Translations under genes and position numbers: made by a program
Shown here: positions 37,661 to 49,843 of the stretch, piece by piece
Position numbering within the stretch: the stretch's first letter is position 1
Layout of the letters: each line of letters opens with the position of its first letter
Notes under the pieces: model-generated
Told to the model about the DNA's origin: nothing
Databases searched by the model: none
The model's input: the letters and a program-made list of their open reading frames with translations, nothing else
Source of the DNA: Eukaryota sp. GEM-RC1
Lineage: Eukaryota
Assembly (NCBI GenBank): GCA_040285855.1
Contig: JAUFOQ010000002.1
Coordinates: 1,488,001 to 1,552,000 of the forward strand
Reading direction: 5' to 3'
DNA: 64,000 nt

Positions 37661-38802
37661 TTATTGGTTATACTCAACAACCTCTTTCTGAAGTTTCTTC
37701 TTTTTACGATTTAACTTAATTTTCCAATTAGGGTCTCGGACTTTATCATCTTTTAGGTTCGAGCAAAAGCCTTCTGTTCCAAGCAATGTGCAACTCGAAC
37801 AGCATTTGCTAGTTCGATACTCATCGACTAGAAAAACTTGGTTTCCGAATTTTGGGAAAAGTTTCCTCATAGATTTGCCTTTTACAAATGATCGTTTTCC
37901 AGTTCGTTTGGCTTTTCTAGAATCAATCCAATCACCAAAACCAATAATTACTTCTCCTGGTGACCCGAACTTTTGAGCAAAACGATGAAGCATATTTTGA
38001 TGACTCCTCTGATTGTTCGAGTACCTCTTCAGTCTCTGGCGTCGGAAAGACTTTTCTTCGTAAAATGGGTCTATCTTAGCCCCATAAGCTTCTGTTTTTG
38101 TCAGATACAAACTGTACTTATCTGGGGTAACCGAATTTACCTGGCCATAGGATACTCTGGAGCTGAAATTATCAGCAATTTCCTTGCCAGTCATGTGACG
38201 ACCATTTACTGTGGTTGTGAATTTCAGAAGCTTTGAGGTTTCATCGTCAGGCTCTCTGACTTGCTCATTTGGTTGCTTGTTCTTTTTCTTTTTCTTGATA
38301 AATCTGCCTCTCTGGTCAGCAGTTCGTTCACCAGCTGTGTACCAGAATGTTTTCCAGCTGTGGTTTTTTTTTCAATTTAACTTTGGTGATTTCTTTTTTT
38401 CTTTTTGTCTCTGCTTTGAGTCTTTTCTTCTCTTTTTGAGTCTCTTCTTCTCTTGTTGTATCCCCCCTTTCTTTTTGCAATTAATTTGTGAAAGCTGTTT
38501 AGATCGAGTCTTATTTGACAGGTCAAATCCCTCTTGAATTTTTTCGCTCTCAGTTTTCGGACTAACACAAAAGATTAAATCGTGTTGGTTAGCATCAATT
38601 GCTACGATTTTTTTGCCTGTGAGATTTAATTTAGTAATTTCTTCCGATGTCAGAGAGTCCACATAGCGTTCTTCTTCAGCCAAGTCATTTGCTGAAAGAT
38701 TTTTTCCAGGATTTCCATGAGAGTCCAACAAATCCTTTCTTGTCATGAGCAGGGAAGTAGAAACACCATCCGTTGGAATAGAGGTAAAAGCAAAGTCATA
38801 AG
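37661..38802 (-). pseudogene. Fanzor locus A, C-terminal part (RuvC-I, RuvC-II, first CxxC)
   Basis: SIPTDGVSTSLL, KIVAIDANQHDL, FRRQRLKRY, KFGSPGEVIIGFGDW, VFLVDEYRTSKCCSSC. RuvC-III is not found. Confidence 0.88.
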
Positions 38803-41800
38803 TGTAGGCCACAGGTGTTAATACGTGGCGGTGTTCTAGTACCAATTTCATTATTTAATACACTTTTACTTACCACATGTCTCATACAGGTAACAATGAT
38901 CATTGCTCTGTTAAAGGTTCAGATGCGCTAACAAATGATGAAAGTCTTATTAGAGACTCTCCTAGTGGAGAACTCGAACAGACTGATGGTCCTATTAGAG
39001 ACTCTCCTAGTGGAGAACTCGAACAGACTAATGACTCGAATAGAGACTCTCCTCGTGGAGAACTCGAAAGAAATCCCAAGTCAAGTAAGGACTCTCCTTC
39101 TGGAGAACCTGAAAGTATTGGTGAAGGAGTTGCACAGAGAGACTCTGGTGTGAGAATTGATGGTGTCACAACCAAAGAAACCCATGTTACACTGGATGAA
39201 TCTGATGCTGAAGGACTCCGTAAACTCCGTTTGAACCCGGATGATGAAGACGTGCAGTTTATCTCTGAGTCTAAGACCCCCAAGAAGTCTCGACAGACAA
39301 CGTCCTCTGGAGCTAAGAATCCTCTGTCAATTGATGAGTTTGACATATCTAATGTTGAATACTCTGAGGAACTTACCCAAGACGACTTGGCGAGGAAGGC
39401 GAAACGTGAAGCCGAGATGGCCGAACTATTAGCTCTCCGAAAAAAGGTCGAAGAACAAGATAGACTACTTGCTCTCTCCGTTAAACCCCATAGACCCATG
39501 TCTAATAGGGAACGGAAAGAATTCGAAGCAGGGAAACGGGCAAGGTTCATCGAGGACAACGCTCCGGACTACCTAAGGGATAGAGCTCTTCGGCATAAGG
39601 ATGCACTCCCTGATCATCTCATACCCTTCGAATCCATCCACGACAGCTTAACAGGTATGACTGCGGAAACCCTCTGGTATTATGCCAAGTTTCAACCGAG
39701 TCATCCTGATCTCAAAGCTAGGATGCGGCATAGGAAACATTACCTAATCAGGAATGTACCACCTTTGACTTCCCCAGAGAACATCAAGAAGTATCTGGGT
39801 GAGAAGTTCAACGAGAGCCGTGGGGATACCTTTCGCTTTCCGGACGATGAAGTCTGGGACCCTTCCATGGGAATGGTTGTTGAACCACTTGCTGAACTTG
39901 GAGACCCCTCTGGTCAACGAGTATTTTATGCTCACCCTCCTTGGTTTGTGTACCAAAAATCTCGAGAAGCTGCTGTGTTTCACAATGTGGCTGTCTCTAC
40001 AGATTGGGTTGACCCTGCTCACGATTTTCCCAATGTTGGACCTGGTTTAGCGTTAACTCAGAAGTTTCGAACTACTCCAGCTGATAACAGGGAGATTGTT
40101 CCTTTTGGTCTTCGAAACGATCAAAGACTTGAACCTAGCGTTGGTGCTCCTCTCTGCGAAAGCAAATATCAAGACTCTCCATAAATTCGAGAACTAGATG
40201 CTGACGCTCCTCCAAATTCTTCCTACCCCGGTAAAACGTTTAGACCTGGTGGTTCTGATATTTATGTTTATGACAAAAAATCAAAGAAGTTTCTACGTGA
40301 TAAAGAGATCAACGCTTTTGGAGATAAAAGACACAAGGGCTTGCCGAGGACTGTCTGCGAAGAAGAATTCGAAGAAGTCTACAAGATTACCGAGAATCCA
40401 GATCGCTTGAGTACAACTATGCAGATCTCGGAACTCGAGGAAACCCCAACTCAACCAGAACCTCTTTCAGAATCAGAAGTAGAAGAACATGCTCGACCTC
40501 CTTTCAGATCTCGATACGATGAATCTCCTCCCGACTCAGATGAAGAAGATAGAAGGAATCTGGCTGGATCACGTGCCTTGCGTGGATCTATGATTTTGGG
40601 AAACAATCCAATCAAATCAAAAGCTCGCCCAAAATCGAAATTCAAACCAAAGATGTTGGATTCTGTGAATCCCGATAACATCCTGAACTTCCTGTTAGAG
40701 TTCAGCTTCTGGTCTCGCGAGATTAGACAACAGGAAGACAAGGTGTACAATGATGAGTTAGGAAAGCCTATCCACTCATATGACATCTGCCGTACTGCCC
40801 TCTTGGAGATTGACCCTACTGATGTATGTGAATTTATCAACCAAAACATGGTTTATACTTGGAGACGTACAGGGGAATTATCTTCTAGTGGAACAGATGA
40901 TGAAGCCGATTGGCGTTATCTCTGTACGAAACCTCAGTACAACACTTTGGATGCTGCTACTAAGAGCTTTCAAAAGATCAATTTCACGAAATCCAATGTG
41001 GATCCTCCTGAGAAAATCGGAAAGTTCTTGAATGCGGCTATAAAAGCCATTCAACGATCCACCGCCATCAAAGGTATCGGGGAAGAAAGGATTGCAATGC
41101 CATCAGATCTGATTGCTGACCATTTGATCCAAATTATTGATTGCGATAACAACATCAACCTCCTCGAAGACCTAAAGATGAAGTGGCGTCGTGTGCTTGA
41201 ACGTAAACCTGAGATGCTCGAAGAGTTTGTTAATGACTTGAAAGAAGTCTACCTCTTTTGGGCTAGGAATAACAGTGTTCAAACCGACGAAAGAAGCTCA
41301 AGATCAAGTAAACCTTCCAAGAATGCTTTGAAAAAGGCTAGGAAACCTACGAGATTTAACTCGAACGAAAATCAACGTTCTGATGAACGTCCCTCTCGAC
41401 GAGAAGAAAGAGCTTGCTTCAACTGCAACAAGAAAGGTCATTTGTCTAAGGATTGCAAAGCCCCTAGTAAAAGCAGTGAGTCGGATGACAAGTCCAGAAA
41501 ACGTAGGTCTGGTGACGATAGTCGTAGTAAATTTTCTAAATATTCTAAGAATAAAACCGATAATTATATCTTGCAAATTAGAACAACAGTCAACGATACA
41601 CCAGATAAATATATCAATCCCCTGGCAGTTCTCAACACACAAGAGGATAAGGATGATACATCTAGAAAGATTTATAGTTTACAGAACTTAGGGATCAAAG
41701 ACAAAGGTAACGGGCCTTTAGTTCTACGATTGTTGATTAACAAAGTTCCAGTGACAGGTGAATTTGATACAGCAGCTACATGCTCTGTGATCACTCAGGA

Positions 41801-44800
41801 CCTTGTTCGTCACTGTGGAATGGAAATTACTGACGACAGTATTGATTACATTTCAGCGAATAATATTCGTGCAACTTCCTTAGGTAGTGCAATTGGTGTT
41901 CTGACGTTCAACGTCGGAAGTGTGGCCAACCAGATTCACAAAAGGCATTCTCTCCCCGTAATTCCAGGTACCGGAACATTACTGATTGGACGAGATTTGC
42001 AAAATGATCTAGGGCTCCTGACAGATGATGGTTTGATCATAAGATTAGACAAAGAACATCGCACAATCTTAAACACTGAGAGTGAATTTGATGAGAGAAT
42101 TTCGATTCCATCAAAACCCATCTTGGATCAATCAATTTCGATTGCTTCCATCAATGATGAGTGCGGCAAGTCTCAACCCTCTAATCAACCTTTGATTGAC
42201 TTTGAGAGGAAAGTTGACGATTCTGGCTGTAAGATACTACTAGATGATCCTACACGACGACAGGCATTGCTTACCCTATTAAGCGAATACTCCGAAGTCT
42301 TCTCTGAAGAAATACATCCTGACGGCATTGATTGTCCCCCGATGTCTATTCCCTTCTACGACGAGAGCACGGTTGTATATAGGCCTCCTCGACGGTTGAA
42401 CCCTGTGAAACAGAAAGTTGCCGAAGAGATCTTTAATGAATTAATACTGCAAGGATGGGCCGTACCATCGACAGGAACATTCAGCAGTCCCATTGTCCTG
42501 GTGATGTACAACGACCACCGCAAGCCCCGTTTAACTGGAGATTTCAGTGGGCCCAATGGGATAAATGCTAATACGAAGCCTGTGAAGCCGAATCTTCCCA
42601 GGATCTGTGATATACTAGAGTTCCTTTCGAATGCAAACTTCATCGGAACAGTTGATCTTCCAAAAGCTTTTTGGCAACTCAAAGTAGCTGAAGAAGACGT
42701 CGACAAGACAACTGTGTCTATACCTGGTATGTCAATTAGTTTCAAACGGGCATGTTTTGGTTTGAAGAATGTACCTGCAATCTTCCAAAACATTATGATG
42801 GACATATTCAACATTGAGGGTGTTTTTATTTATATTGACGATATAATAATCATAGGGAACACATTTGAAGAATATATGGATCGATTACGACAAGTACTAG
42901 ATTGCGCCAGACGCTTTCGTGTACGTTTTGGATTACGTAAATGTTATTTTGTAACTTGTAATCACAAAATCAAGATTCTAGGCAGCATCTTTGTGAACAA
43001 AACCCGTTGCATCGATGAAAGTAGAATTTCTGCTTTGAGGAACCTACCAGCTCCAAGTAATCTCACTGAAGTTAGAAGTCTGATTGGTGCTTTGAACTAT
43101 ATAAGAGACTTCATTCCAAATTTTTCGGATTTGACAGCTCCATTAGTAGCACTAACTCGTGACAAACCTAAGAAGATACTGTGGACAACGGAACATGATG
43201 AATTATTAGAATCAATCAAAGGATTAATAATCAATCATATGGCTTTAGACTTGCCTAGTGAAGAAATGAACATCATAATCTCCACGGATGCATCTAACAT
43301 AGCCGTAGGTGGCGTGATTTGGCAGGAAGAAAATCCTCGATCTCCACCTGGGACTCCTCTAAAAGATCGAAAGGTTCGACCTATCTCTTTCTATAGCAGA
43401 CTTTTGAACAATAGTCAGCAGAATTGGGCCGCAATTCAGAAAGAATTGTATGCCATTTTGCTGATTCTGACTGAATCAACCTTGGAAGGTTTCCTAATGA
43501 GTAGACACTTGACGATCTTTACAGATCATAGGAACCTTGCCTTTCTCATAACTGCACCTGAGAATAACCGGATTGTCAAACGATGGATCCCAATATTTTT
43601 TTGAGTATAGTTTTGAGATTGAGCACGTTGCAGGAGAAGATAATCAATGGGCTGACATGCTATCACGAGTAATCGATCGCAGTCCCATTGAGACAATCAA
43701 ATCACTGATTTTGACAGATCACGTCTCAGATCGGAACATTGTACTCAATCAAATGGATATGAGACACAATGGAGATGACTACACCGAGTTACGGTTCATC
43801 AAGGATAACTCAACCTATGTCATCAACAATCTACGGGAACTATCTGTCGACAACCAACTTCCTTTGTTCGACTCTTGGCTGTCAACCATTAGATCCGAAG
43901 AACTGAAGGCTTATGAGTTGAAAGATCCTTTATTTAAGAATACGGTACTATGCTCTGAAAGCATGATACACTTATCTAAAGACAAGAAAATCCTGATACC
44001 AAGCACTTTGAGGAAAACAGTACTCAATATGCTCCATGGTTTAGTCCAAGCAGGACACCCAAACTTGAAAGATAGTTTGGCTAAGCTGTTCAACAGTGGC
44101 TACTTTTGGCCTAAGATGAAAGCTGACATGGTAAAACATGTTAAGCACTGTCCAGCCTGTCAGAAAACAGCTCCGGCTAATAAACTGACTATCGAATCGA
44201 CGGGTTCGTTATGGGCCGACAGACCTTTCGCAAGACTCAATGTCGACACGATTGGACCTCTTCCAAAAGATCAAGATGGTAATCAGTTCTTACTGGTCTT
44301 CGTGGATTCGTTCACAAGATATACTATCCTTAGCCCCCTCGAAGAACTAAATAGTATCGAGGTAGCACATCGTCTAGTGTGGGATGTTGTTGCTATCTTT
44401 GGAGTACCTTTTATGATTCACAGTGATAACGGCAAGGAGTTTGCTAACTCCACGTTCGAGGCAGTTTGTAACCTGCTGGCCGTTGAGATCAGTCGTTCGA
44501 TTCCACATTTCTCTCAAAGTAATGGTCTGGTGGAACGTCGACACAGGGATGTACTTCAAAGTCTACGTCGTCTCCTTGTAGATTTCAACGATTACGATAG
44601 TTGGTCTAGATATATTCCAGCTGTACAACTTCAAATAAATGCTACTAGTAGTAGTGTCACAGGCCACTCACCATATGAACTGATGTTTGGAAGTGATATT
44701 AGCCCTGGTTCTGATCCAGGAAACATGCTAAAAGCATTCGAACAAAGTCGATCTGAGATTCCATTCGTAAAAGATATGGCTCTAAAACTCGAAAGACTAA

Positions 44801-45465
44801 CGAAAAAGCGAGAAGAGGCAGAGACTCGTCAAACAAGTAAGGCCCCTCGCAAAACCAACAAAAGTAACCCGTTCAAGATAGGTGATCTCGTACTGAAGAA
44901 GTCTAAGACATCTAAGCTACATGGTAGTTATGCTGGACCATTCCTGGTAATGTCAGTTGATTCTCAATCATCAATGTCAATCAAGAATCTGATTACTGGT
45001 CACGTCAGCAAAGCTAGTGTCCACCAATGTAAGATCTATCTCACAGACTTACCCAATGACTCTGATTTCCATAAGGCTGTTGCGTCAGCCGATTCCGAAG
45101 AACATATCGTCCTTGAAATACTCGACCGCTATGATACCTCCGATGGTGAACACTGTACTGTGTTATGGTATGGTGGTGAAACCTCCTCAGTTCCCACCAA
45201 GGATATTTCCAATACCAAAGCTTATTCTGCGTTTATTAAATTAGAAAGTATTGATAGTAAAGTCCACAAGCCTAAGAAGCCCTTGCCTCGTACTAGAGTA
45301 TCTAGCTCAGGACTGTCTAGTAAAACACCTGTTGCCAAGAGAACTAGGAACTCGAAGAGAGAGAAGAGGTAGTGTAGGCCACAGGTGTTAATACGTGGCG
45401 GTGTTCTAGTACCAATTTCATTATTTAATACACTTTTACTTACCACATGTCTCATACAGGTAACA
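38803..45465 (+). mobile_element. Ty3/Gypsy LTR retrotransposon with chromodomain-like integrase tail
   Basis: Identical 93-bp TG..CA LTRs (38803-38895, 45373-45465); TSD TAAG (38799-38802, 45466-45469); polypurine tract before the 3' LTR; domain order PR-RT-RH-IN. Confidence 0.97.
38877..45372 (+). CDS. Gag-Pol polyprotein (in-frame stop at 40182-40184; T-run frameshift near 43600)
   Basis: CFNCNKKGHLSKDC knuckle; FDTAA protease; FSSPIVLV, DLPKAFWQ, FGLKNVP, YIDDII (RT); TDASN..KELYAI..TDHRNL (RNase H); GHP..CPACQK, VDTIGP, SDNG, NGLVER (integrase); GPF; HIVLEILD..VLWYG (chromo-like). Confidence 0.95.
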
Positions 45466-46800
45466 TAAGATAGGGAAGTTGAAACTGATTTTGGTTTAAG
45501 AACAGTATTCCATAATTCCTTCCTTATTGTATCCATTTCTCCCTTGAGATCTGGCAAGAATCTCAATTGAAACCAGTTAGAGCCCAGTCTCACGTGACCA
45601 GGAATTAGTGATGACGTCACTGGAAAGGGATTGGTGACGGAGACATTATCACAGAATTCCTCAATCAGTCTGTTCAAATAGATTGCATGTGAAAGGAACT
45701 TAAGAGGGTTTACTTTTTGAGCATAGTATAATCCCTTTGGCATTTTCTTGTTTAATTGACATGTCAAGTAAGTCCAAAAAGCAATAGTTAACCTAGAATT
45801 GGTGTTTGGAAAAATAGTTTGATCCTGAAAATCAATTAAATCAATTTGTCCGTTGACAATCAACTCTCGGATGCTGTTAAGCCGCTGAAAAAAAGTTTTC
45901 GTTCATCTTCACACTCAATTTTCATGACTCTAGATTCTTTCTCCGTTACTAAGTTGAAGACTCGAAAGACATAGTAGTGAAAGTGTTTTGCCATATTATT
46001 CTTGTAACTGGTGGAGATCTCAGTGGCCATGTAATCAAGTAGTCTGGGTAAGTACAAGTTACTTGGGAATTTTACCATTTGCTTACCAGCAACTATAGCA
46101 GCAGCGTTCAAAAGAGGAAGGAACTTAGTGAGTAGATGATTAATAAGTCGAATTTTAAGCAGATTCAAAGAATTCCATTTTTTTGCGACCTTTTTCAGGT
46201 CTTCTTGGCGTTCAAGGACAATCTGGCTCAAATGGTCAGATGAGCCGTCCTTTTGATCGTCATCAAAGATAACAAAACCTTCAGAGGTTTCTGATCCAGA
46301 ATTTCCGAGTAATTTGGCAAATTACAATGTGTTCCCATAGAATCTTTAAATTTCAAATATTCACAGTCAAATTCGTGAATCAAAAAATGTTTTAGGAAGT
46401 GAGTTTCTCGAACTCTAACGTGGTGACTTCTTTTCACACACGATTCGATAACTTTGATTTTTGATTTTGTCACAACTTTGGTGAGTCTTCTTTTAATCAC
46501 CTTCATTGGAGGTTTTTCTCTGATTTTCTGCTTGTTTCCATCAAACAAGTCACAAGCAATGAATTTTAACAGATGCAGGCGATCAATTGCATTTTGCAGT
46601 AAACGGGGTCTTGTTGATGACGCCTTCCAAAGGTCATTGGTTGTTTTTAGTTCACTAGAAGTTTTTAACCTAAACAATTGCTTTGCAGATAGTGCAGAAA
46701 CATTATTTTCCGCTTTGAAATTAGCGATAGCTTCATCAATGTTATACAGAGGATTGGTTAGAATTCGTATTAATTCGGAATTTTTCCAATTTTTTGATCA
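45466..46800 (-). pseudogene. Fanzor locus A, N-terminal part
   Basis: VIKRRLTKV..IESCVKRSHHVRVRETHFLKHFLI, YMATEISTSYKNNMAKHFHYYVFRVFN, LYYAQKVNPLKFL, PFPVTSSLIPGHVRL, ELWNTVL. Joins 38802 in frame (STSLSY-DFAFTSIPTDGVS) once the LTR element is removed. Confidence 0.85.
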
Positions 46801-47750
46801 TGTTCCAACATAATTTGAGTTGCGTTTTCCAAAAAGCGACCACCTTTAAATTTGTACAAGGATTTTAAAACTGAGTTTAAATCCAGGCAGTGAAATGGAC
46901 CAAAAGAGGACGTTTTGCACCATCTCTTAAACCATGTGGGTACATATGGAGTATATCCATCAAATTGAAAATTAACATTAATAACAGAATTGTTGTGGTA
47001 ATTGACATTAAATTTGGACAAAGATGTACAAAGTAATTGTGGATTTTGATTTAAAAACATAGTTGGCAATCACGTATCACAGTGTGATTTGTGATAACGA
47101 TCACAGCGTGTGATCACATAAATCACATTGCGCTCAAACTGTGTGATCACAATGTGATTTGTAATTACCAAATAACAAAGTTTAACCAAATCTATTATTA
47201 ATGTATACTCGATCTAAGTTGGAAAACAGCATTTGTCAATTTATTAACATACACGTAGCTTTGAGACAAGCCAAAAATCTTTGAACAATCAATTATCAAT
47301 TAACAATCACGAACGTAATTGCCTTTTTAATTTGATATTTGCTTTGATATTGCATTTTCACATGTCCAAATGACATCTGTGACTGTCAAAGTGAGAACCA
47401 AAGAGATTGTGTCCATCTTTTAACTTTTCGTTGTTAAAACACGAATGGAAAGTACCACTACCTTCGCTCAAACACTGCTTGAACTTCAATGGATTCAAAA
47501 CATTCAGACAAACTGATCTCCTTTATCGTGCTCTTTACGTTTTTACGTTGAAAAGGTCTCTTATTTTGGCTTCTTTTTTCAACATTGGTAGGTTAAATTA
47601 AACCAAAAAGAACTGAATACAGAATACAAGTACAGTACAGAACACGGTATTAAGTGTATTTTATAGATCGCAGTTTCAAGTGTTAATCCAAAGTATATTG
47701 TAACAGAAGAATGTGCTCAAATAGTATTTATTTAGTGACATTGATACAAT

Positions 47751-48745
47751 TTGTGGTTACGACCTCTTGATTCTGTCATTCAAAACCTATCTGCTGACAT
47801 TTGGAACAAGTGTTTTCCTAAGTCAATCTCTTCTATTCCTGATAGTTCAATCGAGTTTCTACATTTATCTGTGGTAAAATTCCAAAATTGTGTTTTACAT
47901 GGCTTAGAGCACTTGGATTTTTCTAAACGTCTTAGTGTTACTAAGGTAAATAATCCCGTCTTTGCTGCTTTTCTTTTGGATTTAAAAAACTGTTCATCGT
48001 TTATTACTCAACAGCCTAGACCTTATGGTCTTCATCTCAATAATGAGGCTTGGAAACTTAACATGCGTCTTCGCTTAGGTCTGTTTCCATCTGAATTGTT
48101 AGCTAATACTATGTGTTGTTGTGATAAGAGACCAAAAGCTGACTTCAGACACATTGTTAGTTGAAAAAATTTCTTCAGTTTAGATCAATTTTACACAATG
48201 CTGTTCGTGATGTTACGTATGAAATGTTTAAATGTCATGGGTTTAATGGGAAAATCGAACCTCTTCTTAAGCATTATGGTGATGATAATATTACCAATTC
48301 TCGACGAGGTGATCTCATTGTTCCATATCTTGATTCTTGTCAAGCTGTGATAGATTTTACTACTGTTGATCCATGTGCTAAAGTATATTTGAATTCAGTT
48401 TCGAGTGATACTGAAAATCATTTATCCAAAGCTGAAAAAAGAAAGATTAGTACATATTCTGACACAATGATCAAACTGAATTCCAATTTGTATTCTTCTT
48501 TTAAGTTCATTCATTTTGCTATTTCAATTCTTGGTAATATTGGATTTGCTGCTGAAAATTTCTTTGATGCCTTTTCAAAGTTGTGCCGTGATCATAGGAA
48601 AAATTTTAATCGGTCTCTTTGGCGTAATCGCATTGTGTTTTCCTTATATAGAAGTTTCCCAAAGTATTTGAATCGTATTCTGGACAAATTGTATCGTGGT
48701 AGTTCAAGAGTAGATGTGGATCATTTAATATCTTTTAAGTACTAG
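47751..48745 (+). pseudogene. 5'-truncated CRE-like non-LTR retrotransposon (zinc knuckle plus restriction-like endonuclease)
   Basis: MRLRLGL, CCC..HIVS, RSILHNAVRD, IEP, RRGDL, IDFTTVDP, AEKRKISTY, FAISILGNIG. Confidence 0.75.
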
Positions 48746-49079
48746 TTGTTTGTATTTCGTTAATTTATAACATAAAATACACATTGATACAATTAAGTAG
48801 AAAAACTATAGTCTTGAATATCGATCAAATTTGCTCGTCTTCTACTTCTTTTAGTTGATTTTGAGTTTTTGTTTCTACGTGCTTTTCCTACACATTTAAA
48901 TCTTCATCTACATCGTCAAAAACACTCACTGGAGTTTCTGAAATCTCGTATTGAACAATTGGTTCGACTTCAACTATTCCTTCATCATCATCATCTTCTT
49001 CTTCTTCTTTAAAGACCGGCAGTAAGCATTCTAACTCGGAATCAGTGTAATAACTTATATACATCACTATTAAATACCT

Positions 49080-49804
49080 TGGCATTAGAACGACATTAAA
49101 GACTCAAATCAAGAAAATTTGCCAAATGATGTTCAATGTAGCTGTGGAAAACAATTGAGGTTTTCTAATTTGTTAAGTTGTAATTGCTACATCACTTGTC
49201 GAACGTGTATGCATGATGCTGTACTAGACCAAATACATGCTATGTGTAAGTCTTATAAAATTGAATCATTTGTTGAACCACTTCTAAGATCTTTAGAACC
49301 AAATATCAATTGTAATGACGAAACTGAACAAATTTGTTGGTAAACGGAGAATAGATGTTGTTGTCCCTTCTTCTTCAGACAAATTGTTTGTGGTCAATGT
49401 AGTGTCAGTGGATGTTTGTAACAAGACATCTTGAAAGAACACTTCGTCTGAAACCCTTTAGAGATTTCTGAACAAGCCAAACAGGATAAGTGCAAGAAAC
49501 CATTGATGGCTCCAAAACATGTAAAACAAGTTGAATACGAATTGTGCCTTTTGCTGTTTCAATCTACGGACGTTTAGGTAAACGTGCATTTAATTTATTA
49601 AACAATTTCGGAAACATATTAAAAAATAAGATGAACAAACGTTTTGATCATATGTTATGGATGAATCGTATCGTTTTTACTGTTTTTAAAACAATTCCCC
49701 TAATCATCTCCAAAGCTTTATTAGCCATGAGTTCCTTTTATGAGGACAAAGCTGTTGTAAGATTTGATAGCGACGGGTGTTGTTTTAATGATATCAAAGT
49801 TTAA
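49080..49804 (+). pseudogene. Second decayed CRE-like RLE remnant
   Basis: CSCG..LLSC..HDAVLD..VEPLL, PFAVSIYGRLG, WMNRIVF; colinear with 47751-48745. Confidence 0.7.
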
Positions 49805-49843
49805 TTGTTTAGACCAGTCAGGGATCGAAAACAATAAATTGTA

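Noticed and set aside
38900..39559. 219-aa antisense ORF in the Gypsy element
   Set aside because: Shadow of the repetitive sense ORF, with no motifs of its own.
47070..47170. ATCACA/TGTGAT motif cluster as the left end of Fanzor A
   Set aside because: No matching inverted repeat or TSD at the other end; it may belong to an unrelated transposon (similar motifs near 63290-63350).
48888..49085. Acidic 65-aa ORF
   Set aside because: Low-complexity fragment between retrotransposon remnants; no family assignable.
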